From positions 41,044,001 to 41,108,000 of the forward strand of contig OZ076410.1 in assembly GCA_964187785.1 (NCBI GenBank): a stretch of DNA of 64,000 nt, read 5' to 3'. Shown here one piece after another: positions 33,939-47,364 of this stretch; the first letter of the stretch is position 1, and each line of letters opens with the position of its first letter. This DNA is from Amphiscolops sp. MND2022. Its lineage: Eukaryota. Below the pieces are notes generated by a model that worked only from the letters and a program-made list of their open reading frames with translations, had not been told where the DNA came from and did no database searches. The position numbers and the translations under genes are program-made.

Positions 33939-36900
33939 TTTTGCCACAACTCCCAAATATGTGACCAAATGTCGATACGACAATATGTCATATCCGACCC
34001 ATCTAACGTAACTTACAAACAATACCATTGTAACATCAATGGAATACCATCAGTTGTCTGGCAGCATCAGATGGAAAAAGCCTACATTTAAACCTACAAA
34101 ATGGTCCACAACGACCGCCCAGACCAATACAACGACATGGACTACACTGCAGCCTTTGAAACACGATTCAGACCACTTCAACTAATCGAAGGTTATAACC
34201 CTCACTATATTGACCCTGAGTATGGAGTAGACCCATACTGGAATATTTCCCTCTATGACCAACGGATATTGCAATTTAAATGTGAAGATCACCCACCAAC
34301 AGACGATGAAGATGAACCCGAAATCCCAGACAACAAACTATCAAGGGCGCTCATCGAATTGTGGCAGCCTAATTCTGAAATCACCAATGTGGAAGAACTA
34401 GATTACCCAATCATTGAAAATGGGTCACTGACCGAACCCGGCCTACTAGATGAAACAGTGTTTTTACATGTCCTAGTAACCAAAGAAGGAGAACCGGACG
34501 TCGGACTCAAATACAAAAGACGGATGCTTCATTTTCCATTGGACTTGGGAGAATTAACCATAGACGGCCTAATTGACACTGGAGCACTATCCAGAGCAAT
34601 CCCAGAAGCGGACCTCAGGAAAATTCGCCTTCTGTCGCCTCAATCAATAGTTAAAGAGGGACCTGCTCCAACATTCCAATTTTTGGTCGCAAACGGACAA
34701 TTAGAAACTCCAAAAAGCACCGTTGAACTGAAGTTCGAAGTAGGAGACTTTGAATTCCACGAAATATTTATCGTATTGGAAAAATTGACCCAATAATTGG
34801 ATTGATGTTCCTTCAAAGGAATCATACAGTACGGAACATGCGCCAAGGCATCCTCAACTTTACATATTTTTCAATGCAACTCAAAACAGCTTACCACAAT
34901 TACTTTAATGTTATGGAACCAATAATCAACCCAGAAGATATAACCATTCCGCCCAATGATCGGACGACAGTTACGGTCAAATCGCAGATTTACCCTGAAA
35001 ACATAGTACCAGGAGTATTACAACCTAGTGACTTTTTGAACTAGGAAAGCGACATTACCTTCTGTGCCGCAATCGTAACTTTGGCGGAAGGAACAACAAG
35101 TTTCCATATCAACAATTTTACCGATCAACCATACAAACTCAAAAAAGGCTAACATATAGCAAATTTCTTGGTATTAACCCTGGAAAAAATGAAACATGTC
35201 AAGCCAATAGACACTGTGTCCACTTGGCACCTGCTGAACGAAAGTGAAGAAATGCGACCTATTACGTCAGCAACCTACTAAAGGCAAATAATTATAATGA
35301 CCAATACGAACATTATTGGTTACCAACACCGGAAAATCCAGGAGACGAAGAATCCCATACACCGATCCAGCCGCGAATCTTACGAGAACTACGCAACTTC
35401 GCAACTTACAAGAAGCAGCAAAACTTGACCCGCACGAAGATGAGGCATCTAGACAAAAACTCTCTGATAACTTTGACTGGAAAGATTCCATGTTACAACA
35501 ATAAGAAATTAAAAGAACAGAATCGTTACTAGTAGAGTTCCACAACATATTTGCCAGACACAGATTTGACATACGAATGATCGGGGAATTTACGGTCAAA
35601 TTAACACCAAAGGACGATTCGCTTGTATATAGCCAAAGTTTACCAACACCAGTCACTTTAACAGAGGACATATTAGTCGAACTGGCATTACTCCACAAGT
35701 ATGGCATAATTACATCCTTACAATTGTCAAAGTATGCCAGTCCCATCTTTGAGCAGAAAAAAACCTAAAAGGAAGCTACGACTTCTGGTTGACTTGCGGA
35801 AAATCAATAACCTCATCTCTGATGATTACATTACCAATAATCATCCAGTAAGCACTCTGGCGGATGCGGTGCAACAAATAGCAGGGAAGAAACTCTTATG
35901 CAAACTTGATTGTTCCCAGGCCTACCATTGTCTTCAGATGGCGGACCAAAGATCAATCGAAATGCTTGCATTTAACTTTGCCAGCAGAACTTTTGCATAC
36001 AGAAGACTTGCCCAAGGTCTCGGCCTTTTCAAGCCTTTTCATTAAGATCATTATCGGCTTTTTCAAGCTTCCTGCGCGAATATCTAGACAAATTCATTAA
36101 AACAGACCAATGTGCGCAGTGTGTAGACGATATAGGCATAGCTGCCGACCATCTACTCAAGAACCTCCGAGCAACATTTGATGCATTCGAAAAGTAGGAT
36201 TGAAACTAACAATGCATAAATGCCACTTTGGGGCAACTGAAATAGATTTCCTGGGAAGAACAATCACCCCTGAGGGAGTGAAACCACAGAAAAAAAGCAT
36301 AACTACCGTTTTGAAAAAAAAAACGAAATTCCCAAAATCCAAAAAGACCCTCCAAAGATACCTAGGCTTTCTGAATTACTACAGGAACTATATTCTCAGA
36401 TTATCCGAGAAATTAGCCCCGTTCTTCCAACTTCTCAAAAAAGGATGAGAAAGTCTTAGTAACAACTGAGCTAGTGCAAAAATTCAACGGAATCGATCGA
36501 GATTCAGACAGATACAGTCAATTAGCATTAAAACAACCGTTACCGAATACACAGTTGGTTCTAATGACAGATGCCAGTTTTATGGCAGCCGGATACGCAA
36601 TCCTCACAGAGGATTACCCGAACCAGAAATTCACCTCTGTCAGGAAATCATTCGCTCCAATAGCATACGGATCGAAGACTTTTACATCCTCACAGCTGAA
36701 AATGTCCATATATGCCAAGGAGTTCTTAGCTATCTTCTTCGCTTTCAGAGAATTTGGACAGATTTTCTGGGGGACGCCTAAGCCAATGACTATCGTTACG
36801 GACAACATATCGGCAACCAGATTCTTCCAGACAAAGATAATACCCTCGGCTTTTTGGAATGCTTGCGATCACGTTATACAATTCAACTTTGGTATAGCGC

Positions 36901-39014
36901 ACATTCCCGGCAGAAACAATACGGACCCTAAAGAGAAACTGGTCTTAACAATCCGCGCTGACGTAGAGACAAGGCCCATTGAGGTAAACGTCCAATCAGG
37001 AGGTGTGTCAGGAGAGGGACAAGACGTTTTTCGAGGAAGACGATGAGACAGAAGCGCAAAATTGGGAATGCAAGAAACAAAGCCGTAACAACCACTATAA
37101 CACAGAAGCCGTCATACACGTTGGCACAATGTCCGAAAATGTAGTTGACAAAATCACGAATTTCAGCCAGAGACTACGTAGGACCAACCAAATCCTACTA
37201 GAACAGTCCATGGACCCGATATTACAGCAACTCAAAGCCAAAATCCAAAACGAAGAATACTCAGAAGAAATACTATTGCAAGATTACAGATACAAACACT
37301 ACCTCGACAACTTGGACCGAATATTCCTTAAAGAAGAGATAGTCACAAGACTATATTATGATGATACCGGACAAATCAAATACCATCAATTTCTACTACT
37401 AAATCACTTATTGACGGAATTGCTACCAGCATTACATGGCACTGCCCACAAACATCCAGGTATATCTAAAGTGTTACAAGATATTCGCCAAAAATACTAC
37501 TACGCTGGTTTAGGCAAACGAGTCAAAAGGTGGGTAGAAGGATGCGAAGTTTGTGCGAATGACAAACGAGTACCGAATGATTCAATAACGCCCGAATTAC
37601 CTAACTTGCCTGAATGGGACCTTGGGCCGGAAGATGCCATGCAAAAAGACTTGTTACCAAACATACCAACTGGTTGTGTATATCAAAAAATGATGACAGC
37701 AATTAATGTTTTCTCAAGACACCTGTTCGCCTACCCGTTAGTTGAGGCCACAGCTGCCTGCCAACTTGGCAAAGGTGATAAGTGATATAATGACAAATAC
37801 TCATACTTCCCGACAACCCTCATTACTGATAAAGGATCAGCGTTTACTTCACTCATAATTGCCAAAACAACACGCATCTTGGGCATAACAGTCAAATGCG
37901 TCACTACAAAACACCCGCAAACAATTGGGAAACTCGAAAGGACGCATGCCTCACTCAAAACAATTTTGAAAATGGCCTCAGGGGAGTATCGCCGCCAATG
38001 GCACAAATACCTGTCGCTAGCTGTACTTAATTACAACACAACCTACCATTCAAGTATCGGTTGTGAGCCAAATAAAGTGTTCCACGACCGCATTTCCTAT
38101 ACTGTCCCAGATCAAAACTGGGAAACAATCCCAATCGAGAATTTGTACGTACTACGGAATTTGCGGAAGAATTACAACAAAGAACACAAGTTCTTATTGA
38201 TCAAACGAAAAAAAACATAATGCAGTCATACTTGAATTACAAAGAATATTATGACCGCAGAGCTAAAGCAGCCCCATGAACGAAAAAGACTTTTGTTTCA
38301 TACTGCAACCGAAAGCAGATAATCAAGGATCAAAGATACCGTTCACGGACTACAGATGGATCGGACCACATGTAACTGAAATGGTATCACCTAACGATAA
38401 TTATACAGTCCGGCGTTTGAACACAAATAAAACACAAAAACTACACCGCATCAGACTGAAAAAATTTGTCTCAAATACGCCCTTATAGAGGATTTTTGTT
38501 CTGAAGAGAAATTACAGACTGATGAGATAGTTATACCACAAGACGATTTATATACTATTTCACGGGAAGCCTTTCGTTAAAAGTCTTTGAGCCGAGACAG
38601 GACGATAATGCGAATACCGCAAATAGTGATGACATCATTAATGACAATGCTGATGGCGAAGAAGTAAGGCCGAGGCCGGCCACCAGCCGCGAAGGAATAA
38701 TTACACGAGATGAAAATGACGTCACCGAGTCTCCAGCAAGAAATAACAGCAAAATAAAAGCTAAAGACGGAATACGGCCACAAGCCGAAATAACCAAAAT
38801 TCAACTGATACGCCTAATCACTCAGAAAAAGATGACGTCACGAGTGAAGTAACCGACAAGCAAAATTTTCCGAATACGAGCGAGGATATTACCGTGCCCG
38901 GACTTTCGGAGGATTAAACGAATGAAAAAATGATGAAACTATCAGCCCTAGAGGAAGGAAATATAACCTTCGACCTAACCCCACCCCAACTATACTAATG
39001 AATACAGATTCTAG
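33929..39014 (+). pseudogene. pol: E3 pol (PR-RT-RH-IN), many stops and frameshifts
   Basis: LIDTGAL, KLDCSQAY, TDASF, AKEFLAI, HGTAHKHPG..CEVC, GKLERTHASLK, WIGP. Confidence 0.92.
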
Positions 39015-39249
39015 TCAGAAATTCAGAAATGTTGAATTGAGTCTCCTTTATTTTATCGGCCAAAAAGGCTTGTTTTTCACTGGGACTAATCTGACGTTCT
39101 TTACTGATAGACTAACTATATAAATGCAGAAATAGAACAAAAACTGAGAAATAAATTTACAAAAAGGAGAGTGTAGAATGGCAATTGTTTCTTATGTACA
39201 ATTAGTCTTTAGAAGTACCCTCTCGTAACTCCTGAACAGTCTTGGAAAG

Positions 39250-42200
39250 CTCACTAGCCGGTATATCGCAAAAATAGGCCAACTTCAGCTTGACCAGCAG
39301 CCCAACATATCCTACGCCCAGCAGATGTTGAAACAGAAGACCAACGAGATGTTGAACTGACACCGACCACAGGAGTTCCTTTCAAGTTCTTGAAAGCAGT
39401 TGTGAGATTTTTCAAAAATGTATCCCGTCCGACAACGTCCACTTGAGCACAAGGATCGCCAGCACGTTGTCCGGAAATAAACTGCACATCCAACGGCTTT
39501 TATCTAGCCAAAGCTGGTTCTGTGGTACAAACGGAAACTGCACATGGGCAATCAGACAAATAGGACTGTGCAGGCATTACCACTGCAGAAAGGCGGCAAC
39601 TGGAACTGGAAGTATCTACGTCTTGATATTTAACACCCGGAAGGGCGTGATGTTCCTCAGTTATACAGAGGCAGAAGAGTCTGAACAAATAAAACAACGT
39701 TGGTCGGGTACGAGAGGCAGGTATGGGGATAAGAAAATCCATTACATCAGTGATGGTTCCTGAGGAAGTCTTGATGGAGGAAGAAGCATTACGAAAATGA
39801 TCAATGCAATGAACTCGAAGTATTCGTCTTGACATTCGTCCTTGGAAGATTCATCCACCCAACCGTGAAGTCCGAAACTGTCAAACAAGGCATTGAAACA
39901 GAAATGTTAGCAGTACGTGAGGGTCAAAACAACCCATCCCATGTACAATGTTAGCGGTGAAGTGGATATTGCGAAGCAGAGAGTCCAACAAGTTGACGAC
40001 GTATCCACGAGCCTCTGTCTCAAAGTTTCTTTTTTCTTTTGCAACCAGATCGTCCATATTGACAGGTGCAATTTTTGCTGCCTGTGTCCGCTTCAGTTCG
40101 GCCTGACATGCTAGGTCGAGGTCGGACGTTAGTTTCAGCTGGTTTAATAAGTCGCGACTTGACAATTGCCTCAAATCATCAGGGCACAGATGGAGAAGAT
40201 CAGTCCAATCCGCATCATCTGGAATACATTTGGGCTATATGGCGCGGTGACACAATCGGCGAACAACCCTACAATATTGCTCACAGATAAACAGGTTGCA
40301 TCACGTCGCCCAGAAAAACTGCGTTCGAAACACTTGGTGTCTGAACAAGTAGAAAGTTAAAACGGAATCACTATAATCATTGGTCTAAGCTAAACCATAG
40401 CAAGTCTCATTCGTTGTTAAGTTCACTATCGGCAAATGAGATATCAGGTCAATTACAATGTTAATTCGGACGTGTGTAAAGAGAACAATCTCGGACTAGT
40501 AGAGAGGTAAATTCGAGTTCAATGGTGAAAAATTCGTCCTGGATGATGACCCACTCCAGACTCTGGAGCTGAAAAAGAAAACCACCTGATAGGAAAAGGT
40601 TAGAACTAGGTGCATGATGATACAATAAAACAAAGGACCAACTAGGCTCAAAATCCAATCAAGCAGAGTTTTGTATAACCACCTTGTTCTTGACTCCCTG
40701 CATCACTTGAGTTGGAGCAATTTCGGTAAGATAGTCCTTGATAGCCTTCCAGTTCTTAACGAGTTCCGCGCATATGGTTTGGAGTTTCTTCAACTCCATA
40801 TCACAAGCTACAATGGCGTATAAAAAAGGAACAATCAAGAGGAGGAGTACCAATCTGACTTTACGGATGCAACCAAAAATTGCATGACAGTGTTGAGGAC
40901 CAAAAGGGAATGCACAGTCGAAAGAGGAAAAGGAAAAGCATAATCAGAAGGTAAATAACCTTGCAAAGCCCAGGACACTGTAAGACCCACGGCTGGCTAG
41001 GACCGCCTCGAAAGAAGACATCCAAGAACTTGAGTTGCGAGAAGATGTCAATCCGACCGAAGACGTACCTTGTCTGCAAAGCTCCTGGGTGCATCAGTTC
41101 AGGGAGGGATAAAACCTCGAATCGGAACGGGTATTGTATTCCATGATCGAATAGTCCGCAAGTTTCTAAAGCTCTAAAGATCATGGAGGAACAGCCAGAG
41201 ATGCCGACGAGATTAGGTTTTGAGGACACAAACGATAACAAACACGAAATCGCTGTCGATAACATCCTGGATATGAGTCAGCCTGATGGTGTCGATGTAA
41301 CTCCTCTCGGACTAGCCAGTCACTTTTCCAGAATCGGACCGACATGTATCGGAAGACCCCATGTGTGGTGAACTCAATCGAATACATCTCTGTAGCCATG
41401 ATATGACTGGAAATGTCAGCGAGGCATGAAAATGTGATGGAACACTTTTCAGAACAAAGCGATCAGGTATGAAAGAAACATCTTGTCAAAAGACCAGAAT
41501 AGGGTTAGTTATGAGAATCACAAATTAAAAGATTACCTACTGTGAGAGTGACTGATCCCCAACCGATTGAGGAGAACAAAGCTTGATGGTTGGTGAATAC
41601 TCCAACTTGGGGCCACAAGCTCTGCAGTAAAGAAATATTGCCATCGTTTGGTATGAAAGTGCCAATTATGGAGATCAGGGTACTGGTCCGCAGGTCACCA
41701 GGATTGGTAATTCCCCTGATGCTGGCCATATAGTCATCGTAAAAGGGGAATCGGTCGCCTGTCTCAACTAGAGGGACGTCAATGAAGGAAGGCTTTCCGT
41801 TTCTAGTTCAATCGGCGTTAGGACATAACCGTACTTCCCTCTAACTTGATGGGTGGTGACCCGCGTCACGTCGTCAGTTTCCTGCAAGTGTATATATCGC
41901 CACTTTTCATCCTTTCGAAGATGCCCTTCAGTCTTGTTATGTCTCCATAATTCTCTTGCGCCTTCAGAGTAAATGGAGACATTACTTTTGCATATCATGC
42001 AATAGAACTTGAACTTGTTGTGGATGGGGTCTACGGGGCCGGACACAAAGTTACGAGTCCATTGAATGCCTTTAAAATAAGCGTCTTTCATCACCTTCCT
42101 GTGGTTTGCTGAGTTGTCTTCGCCTTTTACGGGGACGACTTCTAACCGGAGTTTCCACCTCTGGCAGACGTCCAAATACTGGGAGAGGCGGTTGGTCGTT

Positions 42201-42975
42201 ACTACTGTATCCGCTCCCAGAAATAGGGGTTGCAGTCTCAGCTTGAGACTTACCTTGGGCATTACCTGGGTCGGCTCTAACAACAAGTGTCACTGGATCA
42301 GTTTCGCTCAGGTAAGCTGTGCCAGAAATGGAACCAATTTGATAAGGATCCTCGTCTGAATTTAGAGCACCACAGATATTGCCAACAGTTGAATGTCCTC
42401 CAAAGATACTTTCATCACCGGAACTATCAGCAAGTTGTCGTGCTGGTGTCAGACAACGTCGGGGTATAGTCTCCTTTTTGTCTTGAGGGGAGGGTCACAT
42501 TTAGAGCAACTGGTGGACAAGTCCCAACTCCGGAACTGCCCATCAAGTCCCCGGCATCTGTGGTGTCACCATAAAATTCGAAAGCCTCTATCTGTGGCTC
42601 TGCCTCCCTACTGTCGTCTGGTCCTGCCTCCTTTTTGTTGTCTGGCTCTGCCTCAACCTGGGTCTGGTCATCCCCACAACAATGGGATCAGAAACTGACG
42701 CCATCAGGAAGACGGTGTTAGTAGTGGTCAAGCTGACAGTAGAGCCCTGTTGGGGCGGGAAAGTAATGGCAGACTCAACTTCAGGTTGAACCATCTCAGA
42801 AACAGTCCTCTCAATAAAAGCTGTCACACTCTCATCAGTAGACCTGCTGCATTCGCACGCACGAGAAGAAGGCCTAACTGGGACAGCTGTTTCATTAGAC
42901 TCCTGTCTCTCTAACTCTTCTCCACCAGCATTTTGGGGGGAAGTCGGTTGTGGTGATTCCTTCTCTGACGACATA
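39250..42975 (-). pseudogene. E3 antisense gene remnant (Zn finger + hAT-like body)
   Basis: FYCMICKSNVSIYSEGARELWRHNKTEGHLRKDEKWRY aligns to the E1/E2 finger. ELVKNWKAIKDYL and GYVVNLLDSLL..GMGCFDPHVLL align to later blocks. Confidence 0.75.
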
Positions 42976-44169
42976 CCTAAACAGAAGGAAATAATTTTCT
43001 TCGGGCAATTTCCCGAATATGAGTCCAGGAGTTCCGCAGTTAAACCCTTCCGGAAGTAAAAAGAAACAAAACAAGAGTGCTAAACTATCTTATTGAACAA
43101 AGGACAGGAAGTACGTTAACGAGAAGAAGAGTCCTGATCAAGCTCATTTCGGTTCAAAAATGGAAACCAATTAGCTTACCTATAGTTGTTGGTCAATTGA
43201 AGGCTAAATGGAGATGTGGAAATTGTTCTGAAAGAAACGATGATCTGCAGCAGCTCCAAAATTGAAAGCTTGCCAAGGATAGTGTCCGTATTGGGCAAAA
43301 CCAGAGAGGTGAAAGAAGATGGAATGAGGGAAAGCTGTATCCGAAGGGGAACAGGCCATGTCCGGCGTCCGGACAACTGACAAGGTTGAGGAGATAAATG
43401 GAGGATAAAAGGTTCGCTGATGAACTGGAAATAAAAAAAGAAATACAAACTAGAAGACTAACTACGAGACTAAACAAGCAATAAATAATACGTGATCTGG
43501 TATTGTAACGATTGGTAATTTGCAAATTAGAAGTTGATTGCAGAAGCAAAGTTGGAGTTCGTGGCAAACTGGATTTGATATCAAATATTCATACTATTAT
43601 GGATTTTATTTTGTGGTAGGATCTGCCAGAGAAATCCTTAGGAATCACGTTTTTCGAAACTTTTATTTTATAATGGATTTGGTATTTTTACAATTCTTAT
43701 TTTATTCTTTTATTTCCTTATTTGGATTATTATTACTCGATCCGCCATTTTGAAATGAAGGCGGAACAAACGATTTTATTGGTTATCAGGGTGACGAGCC
43801 GCGCGTGGCCTTAAGTCTTGACTATCCCCTCTTTATCTCTCAAGTGGATATCAGGAGTTGATAAACACTCAACAGTGTCATTGATGACTCCTTGCCGCGT
43901 TAGGCAAATGGCTAAAGTGAGGATGTAAACAAAGCGGCTTTTTGGATTCATCGAAGGGTGCTTGGAAACATTTATTAATGTAAATGGTTGCTAGGAAAGA
44001 CGAAAACCCGGGAAAAAAATCACGAACCTTGAAGAAAATTTCAAACGAATTCAGAAAGAAGAAATTATCATTCTCTCTCGTGAAATCTACAAAATCTACT
44101 AGTTCAGTTAGTTCATAAATCTAAAACTGTGAAAAGTTCAGTTCAATTTCTTACGAGAATGCGAAAAAA

Positions 44170-45041
44170 TTGATAAAAACAAGACACATGGCAGAACGAT
44201 TTCCTGAAGACTTCCAAGGCGCTGCGTCCGATGGAGTGAATACAACCTGCCTGTTTAGTGACGATGAAAACGGGATGTGCAATTTGAGCATGACGTCCGT
44301 CTTGGACCTTCAACTATCATCAGAAGAGGAGGAGATAGATGACGAAATCATGATGATGGCCCAGTGTGTCGAAATTGAGCTATCATCGCCAATCCCTGTT
44401 CCGGGTCCCTCTAGTACATTGAAAATCAGAAATAACGCCCCCAGTATGGTCCTTCTAGGTATGAAACTCCCAAACCATATTTCGCTTCGAGACCGACTCT
44501 TGACCAATCTTTCTTCTCGCTAGGAAGAAGAAATGGTCCTACACGTCGAGACGACCGAGTACGTAGTAACCACCCAGTAAAATTGTGTAAAGAAATTATC
44601 ACCATTGTAGATACACCCTGTCGCCCCCACCGGAAAAAAGATACCTACTTACAATCCTAGTCTAATGGACGTTCAAGCACAAGTACCCAGCAGTCCTTGG
44701 ACACAGGTACGAACCATTTCCAAGGAATGGAGATCGATACATACAATCCGATGGCGAATTACTGAGATTGTGTGATATGTGGAAAATTTGCCATGCAGAT
44801 TCAAAACGAGGCAGTTACAGATTACTTGCGCAGGACGGCTGTTTTGGGAGAAGCAGCGGATGAACTAGAAGCTCGGAAGAGGGCTTTTTTGGAAGGAATG
44901 CAGGTTGGCACTTTCCTATTGTTACCAGGGGGAGTGTCGCAGGCTGCAGCCTGCGTTGGCAAAATTTACACAATGCCTATCGCCTTACCCGGAACATTGC
45001 CTTTTAAAACTAAAATTTTCGAATCTTTGATACTGTTTTGA
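44170..45041 (+). pseudogene. E3 ORF at the ORF-X position, broken, crossing the PPT into the LTR
   Basis: GGA G|TG TCG CAG (GVSQ) crosses the LTR edge in the same phase as GGA C|TG TCA CAG (GLSQ) in E1/E2. No other clear homology. Confidence 0.4.
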
Positions 45042-45985
45042 ATATAATGGTATTTGAATATACTGGTATTGTTTAATGAATGTAATTATATTTGTTCATC
45101 ATGTAAAATAACATTTGAAAGAAAGCTATACTGACAGGCAGAAAGGAAACGTGTTCAAAAGCCTGCTTGTTCAGCATGGCTAACGTGGCCGTCACCGGCT
45201 AATCAGCCAATCACAGCGCAGCTGGTATTAGATGGTTATTCATCATTTATATAGCTTTGGTAATTTTTACTCGGAAAGGAGGAGTAAGGCCACGCGGACT
45301 AGCCATCCTTACTTGTCAATCAATTCAGTTGATGCTAGTTATTCATTGAAAGGTGCTCTATTCATACATGGGATTTTTATTGATGAAATACCAGCAAAGG
45401 TGCTTATAGCGCAATGAATATTCCTTTTCTGGTGCGAAAATAGAAAGACCCTGTTCAGCCATATAAACAGAGTGACCTAATTAGAAATACATGTAATGTT
45501 GGCAGTTAAAGTGTTGCTTCATGTTGATATATATGAATGCGTTGCTAGAGAGTATTAAGTCATGCGTCATCCCCCCTTTACGACTGCGGCACGCCTTTGA
45601 TTTCGCTGCTCCTGCAAAACACCTGCAACTGCATTTCCTATATTTAGAATGCGGTAATGTTGCTATTTATAGCTGATAACTATTTTTAGTAACATGACCG
45701 TTATTAAATTGAGTGTTACGCCCGTTTGGGTATATATACCCGGACCGGGTCTTTGTAACACACAATCTTAGTTGAACCACTGTTATTCAGTTGCTTTGCA
45801 TTTATACAAGTTTCTTGTAAAGCTCTCCTACAAAATCCGATTACAGGAACAATTTAAATAATTTCTCCTGTAGAAATATTTTATGGCTTCCACAAGAAAA
45901 CAAAAGGCTAAGGCCAGAAAGTTGAGAGAATTAGATATGTTGTCCGAAGAAAGGGAGTTAGATATTCTTATCAACGTCCCAGAAG
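44935..45985 (+). repeat. E3 3' LTR, truncated
   Basis: Preceded by PPT AGGGGGAG (44927-44934); matches 31351 to about 32438 and then stops. Confidence 0.85.
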
Positions 45986-47364
45986 TTTTCAGTTTTATAT
46001 AACGCCCATAATCTCACGATCATAGAGTATGTCCAAAATTTTTAAAATTGTAAAAGGGGGGACACGTTGAGCTTTTTGGAAGTCCAGTTGGTTGCAAAGT
46101 ATCAAAAAATTTGAAGAGGTGACCCTTTGGAGACAAAATTAATTTCAAAAAAACGTTGCACAGTGCCAAAAAATTCATAGGGGGACCTGTCCTGTCCGGT
46201 TTTGTATCTCATGTTGAAACCTGAGCGCCTGAAAGGGGATCCTTTGCACTAATATAGATGCGTTTCCGCTTGCCGGTCCAGAGTTTAGTAGTTTTGTAAA
46301 AAAGTGTCCACTACGCATACATACTGTTGTCTGTCGAAGCAAAACGAGTCACTGTAATAATTGGGCTGACTAAAAATAGCATCAAAGTGTTCGTGTACCT
46401 TACAGCCCTACTCAGCTCAGCCTAAAGGAATAAGCGGGAAAGACGATGTTCCCTTCATGTCGTCGTAGCACAAATCTATACGTACCAAGCAACAGTATTT
46501 CATGTGGAAAAATATACATGCGTAATATTTAATGCCTCTGGGTATTTAAGGGCGTTTGACTCCGAGGGCCACTTTATTCATAATAGTGAATATTATAGGC
46601 ATCAAGCACTTCTAAATTCGAAGCAATTGTTCCGGTTAGTTTAGAGAACGGGGATGGAAACGGATCAAATATCAGCCGCCTGGTCGAAGCACAATCTTTC
46701 TAGCTTTTATTTGTGGGAGTTTTAAACAGTAGGAGCAAGTTTTCATTAGGACAACACGTCCTTTTTTCAATGATTATTGCCAAGTATGGCCGGATACGGC
46801 GCATAGCCTTAGTTGGATGTACAATTATACGTTTAGGCAGCACCTTTAATTATGTTAATGCAGCACTGTGATGGGCCAATTATATTTTTGGTCCGGTAGT
46901 CCACCACGCCAGGCGAGAGGACATTAGAACTTCTCGCTTGTGCGTTTTGTGACTACTGCTAATATTTAAATATTGTATGTGTCAACGTAACTAATCGCTC
47001 ACAAAACACAAAAGATGTAAAATTCAAAAATCTAAAGGTTTAACGGACGTTCCAGTAGTTTTCATTTGCTGGGATTGTCTGCGGCAGCGCCCTCTGTTAA
47101 CAATGTTGTATTGAACAGACATTCCCGTCGCAGGCAGGAGCCTGCGAACATATCAAAGGAAAAATTGCCTCAGATCTGAAAACCATTTATTGCACGCATG
47201 CTTAGAGAGTGATTTCCCTTGCACTTGCCCTGGTAAGAGTTAAGAACTCGGTAATTACGGTAGTAGCAATTCGGCAGCTTTTGTTCTTTGAGTATAATTT
47301 TGATAGAACGGTAAAAATTTTCTTCAGTTTTAGGTTAGTGAGAGCCGAATTCAATCTTCCTAAC

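Larger units (their letters stand above)
31351..45985 (+). mobile_element. E3: decayed third lineage of the same complex Gypsy group; 3' LTR truncated
   Basis: LTR start TGTCGCAGGC at 31351 and 44935; same PBS; gag, pol and antisense remnants; PPT AGGGGGAG. Confidence 0.9.
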
